Positions 11,859 through 23,400 of a stretch of DNA of 64,000 nucleotides are shown one piece after another. Position numbers and translations under genes: made by a program. This DNA is from Macrostomum lignano (Eukaryota): contig NIVC01000623.1 of the NCBI GenBank assembly GCA_002269645.1, positions 62,001-126,000 of the forward strand, read 5' to 3'. A model generated the notes under the pieces. It saw nothing but the letters and a program-made list of their open reading frames with translations, did not search any database and was not told the origin of the DNA. The first letter of the stretch is position 1. Every line of letters starts with the position of its first letter.

Positions 11859-13449
11859 GGAATAATTTCAACACTTTCCAAGAAACGGAAGGGGAGCAGC
11901 GGCAGCAACCTAAGGATCAGGAAGGGCAGCAGGATAGAATGTGTGCTCTAATTGGGATACACAGGCAGATGGGGCCTCGCTCGCGTTGGCGGAACTGGCA
12001 CAGGCCGCTGATTCAGAGAAGACAAATTAGACTAGGACTCAGATGTGGGCAGAAAATAATTGAAACGAATGTCGCACAAAATAGTAAATTATGCATGAGC
12101 GCCGAGGGCCGCATAGACATTTCAAATCCGAATTGTTGATAGCATCGAGTGCCCCACACAAGCTGCACTGGCAAGCGCGGATTCTGCCTCCCTTTTCCTT
12201 AGCGTCTGTCTCTAGGGACTGCCAGACGATGAGAGGCAGAAATTCCTTCATAAGGGAACAAAGAACGTAGCGGGAATCTTTAAATAAGCCTTGTGCTCTT
12301 ATTTCCCCTTCTTTGGAAGTTCCTCTTTGACAAGGTCGCAGGGGAGATGTCGCTGATTACAGACCCTTTGACTACCTACAGAAATTACCCTACAGTCGTC
12401 CCTGATTAGGAAAATTCGAGGCAGGTGATAAGAAGCAAATTTCCTACTAATAGCCTACTAATTATTACCCTAAAAATACCTAAGCTTTAATTTGCAAACT
12501 GTCGGAGCATTTCATCAATTTAGCTCATAAAGACACTACTATACGTGTCAAGTTCCAGGTAGAATGGCATGGTCATCAATACAATTAGACCACATAGCAT
12601 GCAGTGCAATTGCATAGAAGCGATAATGAAGCTCATTTGAGAAAGTCTCGCTAAACTATGAGCTAGAATTTGCAAATAAGCAATTTTGCTTTGAGCCTAA
12701 CGATACGAACGCTATCCTCATCCAATCCAATAGGGTTTTCTGTATTGGGCAGTAATTATTTACCTCATATATTCATGCATTGTTAAGTTCCGCCGTCTGT
12801 TCCACATTTCCTATAGCTCATGCACTAGTACTGCTGGCATTGCTAACTGACAAGTGGAGGGGCCAAGTTTTTGACGCGCTTTTGTTCTGCGATAAGGACA
12901 AAACTAGTTTAGTCTCGGCCTGAGCGACTCGTATTCAATTTAGACCACCGCCATGCACACAGTGCTCATTTATTATTGAGAAGAGCCTGTCACAGATGTC
13001 TGGCTGCCAATTATCGAGAAAGAGACGGCCTGACACATCTTTCCGACTGTATACTGTGGCTCAACTTGTTCGGGTACTTTAGCAACATTATTTACAGTGC
13101 TTATCGCCTCCCGCTGCCAGGTTGATGCAAGCCTGTAGCTACAGACCGAGCTGCCTGACTCATAACTTAGCAATTTGCTCCTTGAATTTAAGCTTGAGCC
13201 TTGCCAGCGCAATTGAAATTCCGATCTTGATGAAAACCGTGTTGGTTAACTGACGTTAAAAGGTTAATGAGGTGTCTTGCTTGATTCATGGAGACCAGGA
13301 CCCGGATGGGACTATGACTAAATAGGAATACAAATAAGACGCTCAGACACCGAGGAGTCTAGCATGCACACACTCGCTGAAGAGTTGGGAGGAGCAGTAA
13401 GAGGCAGTCGAAGGGGTCAGTCCAATGGGCTGGCCTGGAGGTCAAGCTC

Positions 13450-14340
13450 AGTCAGGCTAGTCAGAAGTGTCAGATTTAGCGCTTTTCATCGCCTCAGTTG
13501 GTTGGTTGGTGTAGAAGAGCCATAGCGAGAGAGTTGGCTTCGCCTCGATTGTGACGTCTGAGGACGTCGCCAATTGGAAGTGACAGGCGCCTGCGCCAAA
13601 AGATTGCACTGAGAGGCAGGGCGCCAGTTTGCCTCGCAAGCTCACAGTTTAAGATGGTCGCAGAGTAGCGAATGCCAATTGCATAGCGTAAGCAGCGCTC
13701 TGTGCGCAGAGTCGAGGCTTCTTTCTTGAGAGTTGGTCATCGGCACCAATTCCAGGCTGTACAGGAGGATTGATTCAACGGCGGCCTGGAAGATCCTCAT
13801 CTTCAAAAGGTCAGTGGCAGCGGAGAATACCGGGCGCGTCGTGGGCACCGATGGCATCCGGAGCCATAATAGGAGAGTCGAGGTAGAGGAAGTTCTGGTA
13901 GACCGCGATAGGTTCACCGTTGGGCAGCCGGAGTGACGTCATGCAGTCTCCAGATGGAGAACCTCTGTCTTGCTAGCATGGACCAAATGACCACCAGTCA
14001 AATTCGAGCAACCCCCTACACCATCTGGTGAGGTAGCGATGAGTTGGCACCAGGATCCTTGCAGGCCGGCGAAGGTGAGAGCGCCAAGGAGTGATGACGA
14101 GGGGCCAGAACGTAGCCATGGTTCTTTTGCAGCGTCAGCCGAAGGATGTATGTCGACGACCAGAATAAAAAGAGAAGTAACCAGCGTGTCACCTGATAGG
14201 ACACTAAAAGTAGTTGTGATGAGCCGTCGAGACTTGCGTTGGGCCTTCGGCAGTCTTGACTAAAGCGCCTTGTAGAGGTCGGTGACAGCGGTGTTGAGGG
14301 CGTAGCCGACTTCGAAGGGTTGATGCTACTGTACATGTAG
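13450..14340 (-). pseudogene. Degenerate non-LTR retrotransposon RT and C-terminal relic (RTE-like)
   Basis: Minus-strand frames give TTFSVLSGDTLVTSLFILVVD (decayed GVLQGDTLAPFLF) and KMRIFQAAVESILLYSLE..ERSLDSAHRALL (RTE-type post-RT motif), with stops and frameshifts. Confidence 0.75.
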
Positions 14341-15989
14341 CTTATTGATTTTAGTTGTTGTAGTTTGTAGTTGTGTACTGAGACCAAGGTTTGCCGTAAG
14401 GAAAGTCCTGTAGTCTGAGTCCCTCTACCTGCTGCGGCGCCAAGATAATTGCTAACAACATCGATACTCGGAATAATGTAAATGTTGGAATTTGGTCATG
14501 TACATACGTAGAATTCTTGGCTTCGCCCCCACCACCATAAAATCTATGACGACGCCCCTGCGTACATGCATCCGATAAACTTGTAGGGGGGAATCTGGCA
14601 AGCATGCAGGCTTAGTGTAAAGCATGTAAGAAGGCACTTGATCGCGGTCAAACGTCGGGCTCCCATCTATATCCATGCACGTCGAACAACTGTCCAACAT
14701 CATAAACACGTGCATCGGGTGTAGCCATTCTTTCTAGATCCATTGCACACAATTGGGCATTAGCACTCGCGACAGAGTGCATTTACATGTAACCGAAGCG
14801 CATCAGTGATCAGACATGAGTAGAGAAGGGAAGTTCTAGAAAGGAACCGGAATGATTTTTAATAATATTCGTGAGCAAGGGGAACTTCTTCCTAAAATCA
14901 CGATTTTGATCCAGGCCAATACTGCCGATCAGGGTGTGCGGAAATTGTATGAAGCGAGCGAGGTCATGCAGACTCATAATTGTCGCTAATTTTTGCCGTG
15001 ACTAGCTACTAGTGTATGTACATGTATAGGGCCCCGTGTTGGCGGGAAGTCGATTTTAATTGCTTTTTCTATCACACGGAGCTGTCGTTGGCCTGGCACG
15101 CTAGAAAATCTCTAATCAGAAGCTTCATGCAGCTACAACAGGCCTATAACAACACCCGTAGTGAAATGCGTTTGAAAATCGAAAATTCATTCACATTTTG
15201 GTAACCGACACGGCATTTCCACTGCTTCAAAGAGTATGAATTGTATGTGCGTAACATATCCTACGGGAGTACACGAGTACTTTACTATGGAGCTAGATAC
15301 TAATTTGTACTGTCGATGCACAAAGCTTTTACTTTTTGTTGAACAAAGCTAAAAAGAACGTAAAAAATTCATACAGTTTATAATGCGCTGTAGCTTTAAA
15401 TGAATATGCTCGTACATACATGTGCATCATGGATATATGTACTAATTAATAAGCATGATATTGTATTGTATTTTAAATGATCGAATTCGTATCCATGGGC
15501 ATTTTCGTTACATTCATTACATGTATATTATATACCAGGGGCGTAATAGCCAGGCCTGGCAGGGGAATTTTTTTACTGCCGTTGTATTTCGCTTTCACGC
15601 TAACATCGGAGATGGGACTGATGTATCTGTGTCGTTCCCCCCCCCCCGACGTGAATCCTGCATGACAATGCGCCTGGCCATGGTGTACTGGCGCGCGTAC
15701 GATCGAGCAATTCATGTACTGTAAATGCAGGAACGCATTCGCTATAATACACGCTCACTCAAAGTGTACACAGGGGCCCTGATTATCGAATTTTAAGGTT
15801 AATATACTGTACTGTGGGTTGGCCCTCATGAGTGTGAATCACACGAGAGGGATTTCTTATTAGATGTCAAGGCTATAGGGGTCGTCAGGGTTAGCTACGA
15901 GTACGTACAATCGTACATGTATTTTTATTCCAAAATTTGTATTCCAATTTTTGTTGGCTTCCCAACTTGCTAGTTCTAACTAACTTTGA

Positions 15990-16710
15990 GGCAAGGCTTG
16001 CATAAGGAGTGGACCGTCGCGCACATCGTGCCGATCCCGAAGAAGGTAGGGACAACGCGGAAAGAAGACCACCGCGGGATCTCGCTGATGTCCTGCGACG
16101 CTAAGCTCTTCATCCGGCTGGTGCTCGATCGTCTGCAGTCGGTGCTGGCTGGACCCGTACCTGCGGTACGAGCATAACGGATTCCGGCCGCAACGCAGTA
16201 CAGTAACACAGATCCTCGCACTCCATCATCGAGGAGGCGCGCATCCGCCATGTCTACGCTGATCATTGTCTTCGTTGACTTTCGAAAGGCGGTTGACTCG
16301 GTGTTAAGAGCCGCGCTTCCCTTTGTCCCTCGAGCCTACCGGGTCCCCCAGCAGCTAATTTACGCCGTCATGTCTCTGTATCGTGACACTCGAGCTCCTG
16401 TGGTGACGGCGGACGGCCTGTTTGACCTGTTCGATACTTCATCAGGAGTTCTGCTGAGCGACACGCTAGCGCTGTTCCTCTTCGTGCTGCTGCTGGACTG
16501 GGTGCTTCGGACCGCATTCCCCTCGCGGTCGGCTGACGACGGCTTCCTGCTACACAGAGTCATCGGTCACCGTCATGGCGAAAAGCGCCTGAGCGTGCTT
16601 GGCTACGCCGACAAACTCGCTCTCCTGTCTTCGTCCGTTGAAGGCGCCCAGAGCCAGATCGACAGGCTGGTCGAGGTGGCATCGAGCGTCGGTCTGGTTG
16701 TCCTACAAGT
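15990..16710 (+). pseudogene. Degenerate non-LTR retrotransposon RT relic (RTE-like)
   Basis: WTVAHIVPIPKK..HRGISLMSCDAKLF, VFVDFRKAVDSV, GVLLSDTLALFLF and catalytic YADD decayed to YADK; the frame is broken near 16177-16250. Confidence 0.88.
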
Positions 16711-17468
16711 ACTACATGTATAAGTAGCACAAACAATTGCGAAGCTCAGACCAAGACGCACTTCAAACTTATCCGGAATTAAAAATGATGAAAAAAAAGA
16801 AATAGCTAAGAAAACGAAAAATTAATATGAATAGATAAATTAATCAACAAAAACGGTGTTGCCTTTAAACGCACTTATCCGCAATTGTAAGACACAACGG
16901 GCTTCAGCAATGAACACTTGTTCAGGAGAATTACGCAGTTAATGCAGTATTGTTGATTATAAGAAGAAGATTTAGGTGTTTAAAAATAGATAGAATATGC
17001 TTTTAGCTTGCACTGTTTAATTAAAAATAGATAGCATAAAGCACAATTTATTGTTTTGTTATAAATATTTGTCTTTCAAAAGTCTTTAATTCTTGCACTG
17101 TCGAACCTGACTCGCCAAAAATGTTCTGACTACTTTCGAACTTGTAATAAGTTACTCCTATCTCTTACTTATAGTATTAGTTCGTTTTTACTGTTTCCAT
17201 AGTGCTCAGACATCAACTGAGCATGGAAGCCGTTTTATGGACTGACCAGACCTAGAATTTTGTGTTGCATTAAAAAGACAACTAAAATCTTTACTATTCC
17301 TTTTATACCAAATCGAGGAATAACCTGAAATTGAAAAAGCTTTTCCTTCGCCCATCGTCTGTGTCTGGAAACTCTGCGTCTAAACCGATTCACATGTGTA
17401 CTTAATTAGCGTAATAAATAAACTTTGGATTAAATTAGGCCTAGGCCTAGTAAATCGAATTTGCAGAA

Positions 17469-20400
17469 ATGGATGATATCAGAAACATGCAGCGCCGGAC
17501 ACATCGTAAGTAACTTTTCCAAACAAAGTAAATTTTGTGAAAGTATTAAAAAAGTTTTTTCTACAGTTTTCTATTTATCTTTTGGCTTTTGGCTTATTTG
17601 AGTTATTTGCACATTTGCAGTAACTGCCTGCTCACAAACAACACATCTATTTGTTTGGTAAAAAATGGCTACTTGCCCCATGGAACAGTCATACAAATAG
17701 AATGTTTGTTAGTCTGCCTAACCTAAATATGTGATTAAAATATATTCTAATAAGGTCTAGAATAAAATAGGCCTAAAGGCTAGAAAACTAAGAGTTTTTG
17801 TTAAATTGAAAAATGAGTTAAGTTTTAATCACTACCCTATTATAACTAGTGTTCTATTATAATTATTGCTATAGTTGAACTTATTGGAAAGTTGGCAAAC
17901 TTTGATTATAGATTTTAAAAGATTTGGAATATCTTCCTCAAATGCAAGACTCATAAAATATTATAAAGCCGAAGCCTGTATTTATTTTTTTTAATTATAT
18001 TTTGCAGGGCATTCTATTAATATTATAAAAGGTAATATAGATAGGAAAAGTTTAGTTAAAAAAATAGTTAAGCATAATATAGCAAATATTTATATAATAT
18101 TGTTTATGCAAATTTTATTTAGTCCACACTCAGGAAGGTGTCACATGTGTGCTGGAATATATTTCAGCGTATTTTTGGAGTGTGCGCTGTGCGCGAAGCT
18201 AAAATATGAATTTTTGCGCCGAGTTCTACATTCGTTTATTGACAAATATATAGCTAAAGTACTAATGCGCCATAGCACTAAAACTTGGTAAAAGTCCAAT
18301 TAAAACAAAACTAAAAAACAGATAAATTTTCGTACATTATGTAGGCTTTTTTTCAACTTAAAACTTTTGCTTTATTTTAGCTTATGTAGAGAATTTTCAA
18401 AAGAAATAGCTCTAACTTTACCTTATAATCCAATTTTGAATTTTATTATTCATTTTACTTACCAAGAAACAATTTTTTTATTGATATGCTTAGAAAAAAT
18501 GTAATCTTAAAGCATATTTTACACACTGCATATGCAGATTATACATTTAGATGACTCAATGTGAGCTAAATTTTTCTGATTAGGTTTTGCTATGCGCCAC
18601 TGTGCGCTAAAAACTTCTGCTAAGCCTTTGTTGTGCGCCGTTTGCGCCACTTCGCGCATATTTTTCGTTGATGTGCGCCGGAATTTTTTGCCATAATGTA
18701 CACCTTCCTGAGTGTGGTATTTAGTGACAATTTTATTAATTTATAATTTGATTATAGGAAAATTTAGAATACAAAACTTTGACTATCTTAAATATAATGA
18801 ATTCAACTATAGAAAATGCATATTAAAATTCAATATGGCTATGCCTATAAAGTATAGAGGTATAATGGTAAAATACTAGTTGTAATATAAGGTTTGACAA
18901 AAATGAAGAGCTAGATAATAGTTCTTTGGTTTATAATATCAGATCTAAGTGATAAAAAAGAAAACCTAAAAGATTGTATATTTGGTCTATGCTTATTTAT
19001 AGTTTTATATAGCATATTACTAGAAAATTCTGGAAGCTTTGATTATTAAAAAAAACTTTTATTTGGTTAGATACTACTTATACAAACTGTTACCATACAA
19101 ATTTATATTAGCTTTTATTAATATAACTTTTATATTAAAGGCTTTAGAACTATAGTTGAACATTTAATTACATTGACAAAATTTCTAGAATAAAATTTCA
19201 ATATTGCATCAAAAAAAGAATTTTCTATTAAGTTTCTAAAAATATCTAGTGTACATAAATTTCTAAATATGCATTGCACTACAATAACACTGCAATGCTG
19301 CCCATACTTTCAATAATTTTGTTATAATATTATTTACTACCTATATTATCTATAATATTACTTACTACCAAAAAATACTTCCATTTTACTAATGTAACAA
19401 TAGCAATATATCTTCTTAGATAATAAATAATTTAAATCTTTTTAAATTCTGCTTTATCTTGGTTATGAATATTACTTAATTCCCTGGTTATCTAGGGGGT
19501 AAAAAGTCAGACACAGCTATCTTGAAGACCAGTTAAGTGACAAAAAATTGCCCAAAAAACGGGTTGTGTTTTCAAAAACAATGCACCACTAGAAGTTTTT
19601 ATATAAATTTTCAAAATGATTTTGCGAGATATTTTTATTTTATTGCATGTTTTTACTTTTACAATGATTTCTGTGCTGAAACTATAGTATCTGTGGTCTG
19701 GTAGTTGAGGGTTACTTGTATAATGTATGGCATACGTATAATTTTTGATCAAACATATCAATACATAAATTAGTAAACTTCATTAAATGAAAAATGGTGA
19801 ATAATATTAGACTGGGAAGGATGCAGCAACAGAGATGAGACACGTTGTATACTGCAAGGACCCGGAGGGACTCATTGATAGCCTTCTGTACCACCACTGC
19901 ATTGAAGAAGGAAACTTTGAAGTTAAAATTGGCATAGATGGAGGAGGCAACTTCTTGAAGGTCTGTCTCACTATTGTGCAAATTGGAGCAGAGCAACAAC
20001 CTAAAACAAAGACAAGCTATTCTGTTGCCGCATGCAGTTCTCGTTTCTGTGATAGTGGAGTGAAAAAAACTGCTGATCCTTGCAATTGTCGAAGATGTTC
20101 GAGAGTCCTACTTCAACATCAAGGCTGTCCTGGACCTTCTGAGACTGCAACAGGTACGTTTCGGTCTTGCTGTTGACATGAAGATGGCTAACGCACTACT
20201 TGGCCTCCAGTGTGCCAGCAGCAGTCACCCCTGTCCATGGTGCGAGTTGAACTGCAAAGAATTCTGTAGCATGCATCATGAAGTTCCCTTGCGGTCATTT
20301 GGCAGCATACGACAGAATGCTAATAGCTACCAAGAGCTGGTGCAGCAGACAAGTAGCACAAGGCACTCGGCTGCCAGGTTCAAGAATTGTGTTAGAATGC

Positions 20401-23400
20401 CGCTGCTTGATTTTCCAGACGAGACTTTGGTGATCAACGTTGTGCCTCCAATGGAGTTGCACTTGATGCTAGGTATTGTCAATCGGCTGTTCAAGGAGCT
20501 TGATTCTCAATTACAGTCAATCTCCAACTGTACAATACGAGCACAGGACTTTGCTAATCGTTTAAACATCTGGCAGGCACCATATCGAGGTGGGCAGTTT
20601 ACTGGCAACCACTGCAGCAAGCTGCTAAACAGTGTCGACTCACTTGAGCAAATGCTGCAAGACTGCGGTGCCATAGCAGCCATGCCTATTGTACAAGCCC
20701 TTCGTACCTTTCGTGAAGTCTGTAGGACTTGTTTTGGACTGGTGCTTTTAGACGGCTACGATGCAGCAATAAAGGCATTTGCTGCGGCCTACAAGGATGT
20801 TGGCATTCCTGTCAGCCCTAAAGTCCATGCTGTCTTTGAGCATGTTGCTCCATTTCTTCGCAACCAGCCGCAAATGCCTGGATCAGCTCTGCATGGCCTT
20901 GGATTCTGGTCGGAGCAGGCAAGTGAGGCTGTGCATGCGGACTTCAGTCGCCTCTGGGACAGCAGCTACAAAGTGGCGAAAACGAGTGCACAGTACAGCA
21001 AGCAGCTGCTGAAATGCACAATTGTGTACAACTCACGGCACCAGTAAACAAGTTACTTTTAGTTGATAACTATTTTTAAAGGTAAAGGTGATTTTCTATC
21101 AAAATGAAAGTCTAATATTATTCACCATTTTTCATTTAATGAAGTTTACTAATTTATGTATTGATATGTTTGATCAAAAATTATACGTATGCCATACATT
21201 ATACAAGTAACCCTCAACTACCAGACCACAGATACTATAGTTTCAGCACAGAAATCATTGTAAAAGTAAAAACATGCAATAAAATAAAAATATCTCGCAA
21301 AATCATTTTGAAAATTTATATAAAAACTTCTAGTGGTGCATTGTTTTTGAAAACACAACCCGTTTTTTGGGCAATTTTTTGTCACTTAACTGGTCTTCAA
21401 GATAGCTGTGCAGAGCATATCTTTGGGCCATAGCCTTCCCTTCAAGTCATACCCACAGCTTGGTCTGAGTTGCTAGCATCATTCAAAGGCCAGTCAGGAT
21501 ATCTTGCTTTATCTTTATATGCCATATATTTATAATATCTATTAAATAAAATAAATTAGGTCTTTGTTTAAGCCAAGCAAACATTTATACATTCAGATAG
21601 CTAGATTTCTTACTTTTTTAAAAAAACTTAGAAAATTCACAATTACACTGTATATAAACCAGCACCTGTTGAAGGTGCCAACGGCATCCGGGTGATGAAT
21701 AAATGCTTGTGAGACTAGCTGAGGGTGTCCAGAAGTTGAGGCTTGCTTATTGTCATGCTTGATTGGAAAAACTTGAGAAATTCATATCAGGGTGTTCATA
21801 GTCACCTGGGGCCACCTGTCAAAGGTCCAGAAGCTCCGCATGGGTGAAGGCTAGTGACAAACAAAGTTACAGCTAATGCAGACACATGTGATCGACATGC
21901 TGATGAAATTTGGAGACTTGGCAAGGCTGCAGTGAGGCGCAGTGCTGATTAACGCACAGGGGTGCACTGAATACACTGGCGCTTATGGGAAAAATCCAAC
22001 CTTCTGCTCCATTCTGGCGCAGCAAAAAATTGTCAAAGGGGGGGGGGAAATTCCCCCCTCTTGGTAGTTCTGCTGTTAATACATAATGAAAAATAATTAT
22101 ATCTAAACTTGAAATCGATAAAGACATAAAAGATTGTCAATGAAAACCACATGGTTTGTTTTAGACTATGTTAATAACCTATGTCTAATTTATGTGCTGT
22201 TTTATTTTCAGGTAGAAGGGCAGATTTCTCATCAGCTGGCATATCCCCTGGAGATGGTATGTATTGTACATTGAGCTTATTTGTGTTTGTGTTGGCAACA
22301 GTAGTTGTTAAGTTCTTGTCCTATTCCAGATCCAAAAGAGTTGCTACGCAAAGTTTCTGAAACGTTTCTCAGCCGCAGTGCTCAGCCAGCCAGCACTGTG
22401 CGCAAAGTTCACGTGTGCAATGCCCTGGTGCGAATGACCAAACGAATCAAAGCCAATGTTAGCTCTGACGATCTCTTTTGCAGGTGAGCATAGACCTGAT
22501 ACTTCTATACTCGAATATAGTTATATCTACTCAAACTTTTTGTTTCTTCAGTTTATTGCCGGCCTTTTTTCAAGACTGCCGCGAGGTCCGAGCCGCTGGG
22601 CTGCGCTGCATTCGAAAATTTCTCACCGATCAATCCGCTGTCAACAGTTTCTATAAGTTTCATTTCGATCTATGTGTTGCCAAGTAAGCTTTAATTTAGT
22701 GCTTCATATTTTCTGTATCTCCGAAACTATTGGTATTTCAAGTTGGTTTTTTGGGTCCACAAAATTTTTGACTGCCAACCAGTAGATTTTCGGCATTATG
22801 ACTGCCGATTGACTAACCCAATACCTGACCCTACATAGCACTTACTTGTCTAATTCTGTAGCGCTAACTTATAATTCCGTTGTGCTAAGTTTGAATTAAA
22901 TAACACTAAGTTAGAATTCTATAGTGATAAATTAGGATTCCGTGGCGCTAAATAAGGATTCTGTGGAGCTAAATTAGGATTATGTAGCTCTAAATTAGAA
23001 TTCTGTAGTGTTAAATTAGGATTCTGTATCGATAAATTAGGATTCCGTGGAGCTAAATTAGGATTCTGTAGCTCTAAATTAGAATTCTGTAGTGTTAAAT
23101 TAGGATTTTGTATCGCTAAATTAGGATTCTGTAGCTCTAAATTAGAATTCTGTAGTGTTAAATTAGGATTCTGTATCGATAAATTAGGATTCCGTGGAGC
23201 TAAATTAGGATTTTGTATCACTAAATTAGCATTCTGTAGTGCTGAATTAGAATTCTGTAGTGCTGAATTAGAATTCTGTAGTGCTGAATTAGGATTCTGT
23301 GTCGCTATATTAGGATTCTGTACTGATGAATTAGGATTCTGTAGTGCTGAATTAGAATTATGTAGTGCTGAATTAGAATTCTGTAGTGCTGAATTAGAAT

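Noticed and set aside
20063-20070. Programmed -1 frameshift at AAAAAAAC
   Set aside because: The repair needs +1, and the zero-frame codons do not form an X XXY YYZ heptamer
19507-21433. Two identical MICLIKNYTY.. ORFs as a duplicated gene
   Set aside because: They are the two TIR copies read in opposite directions
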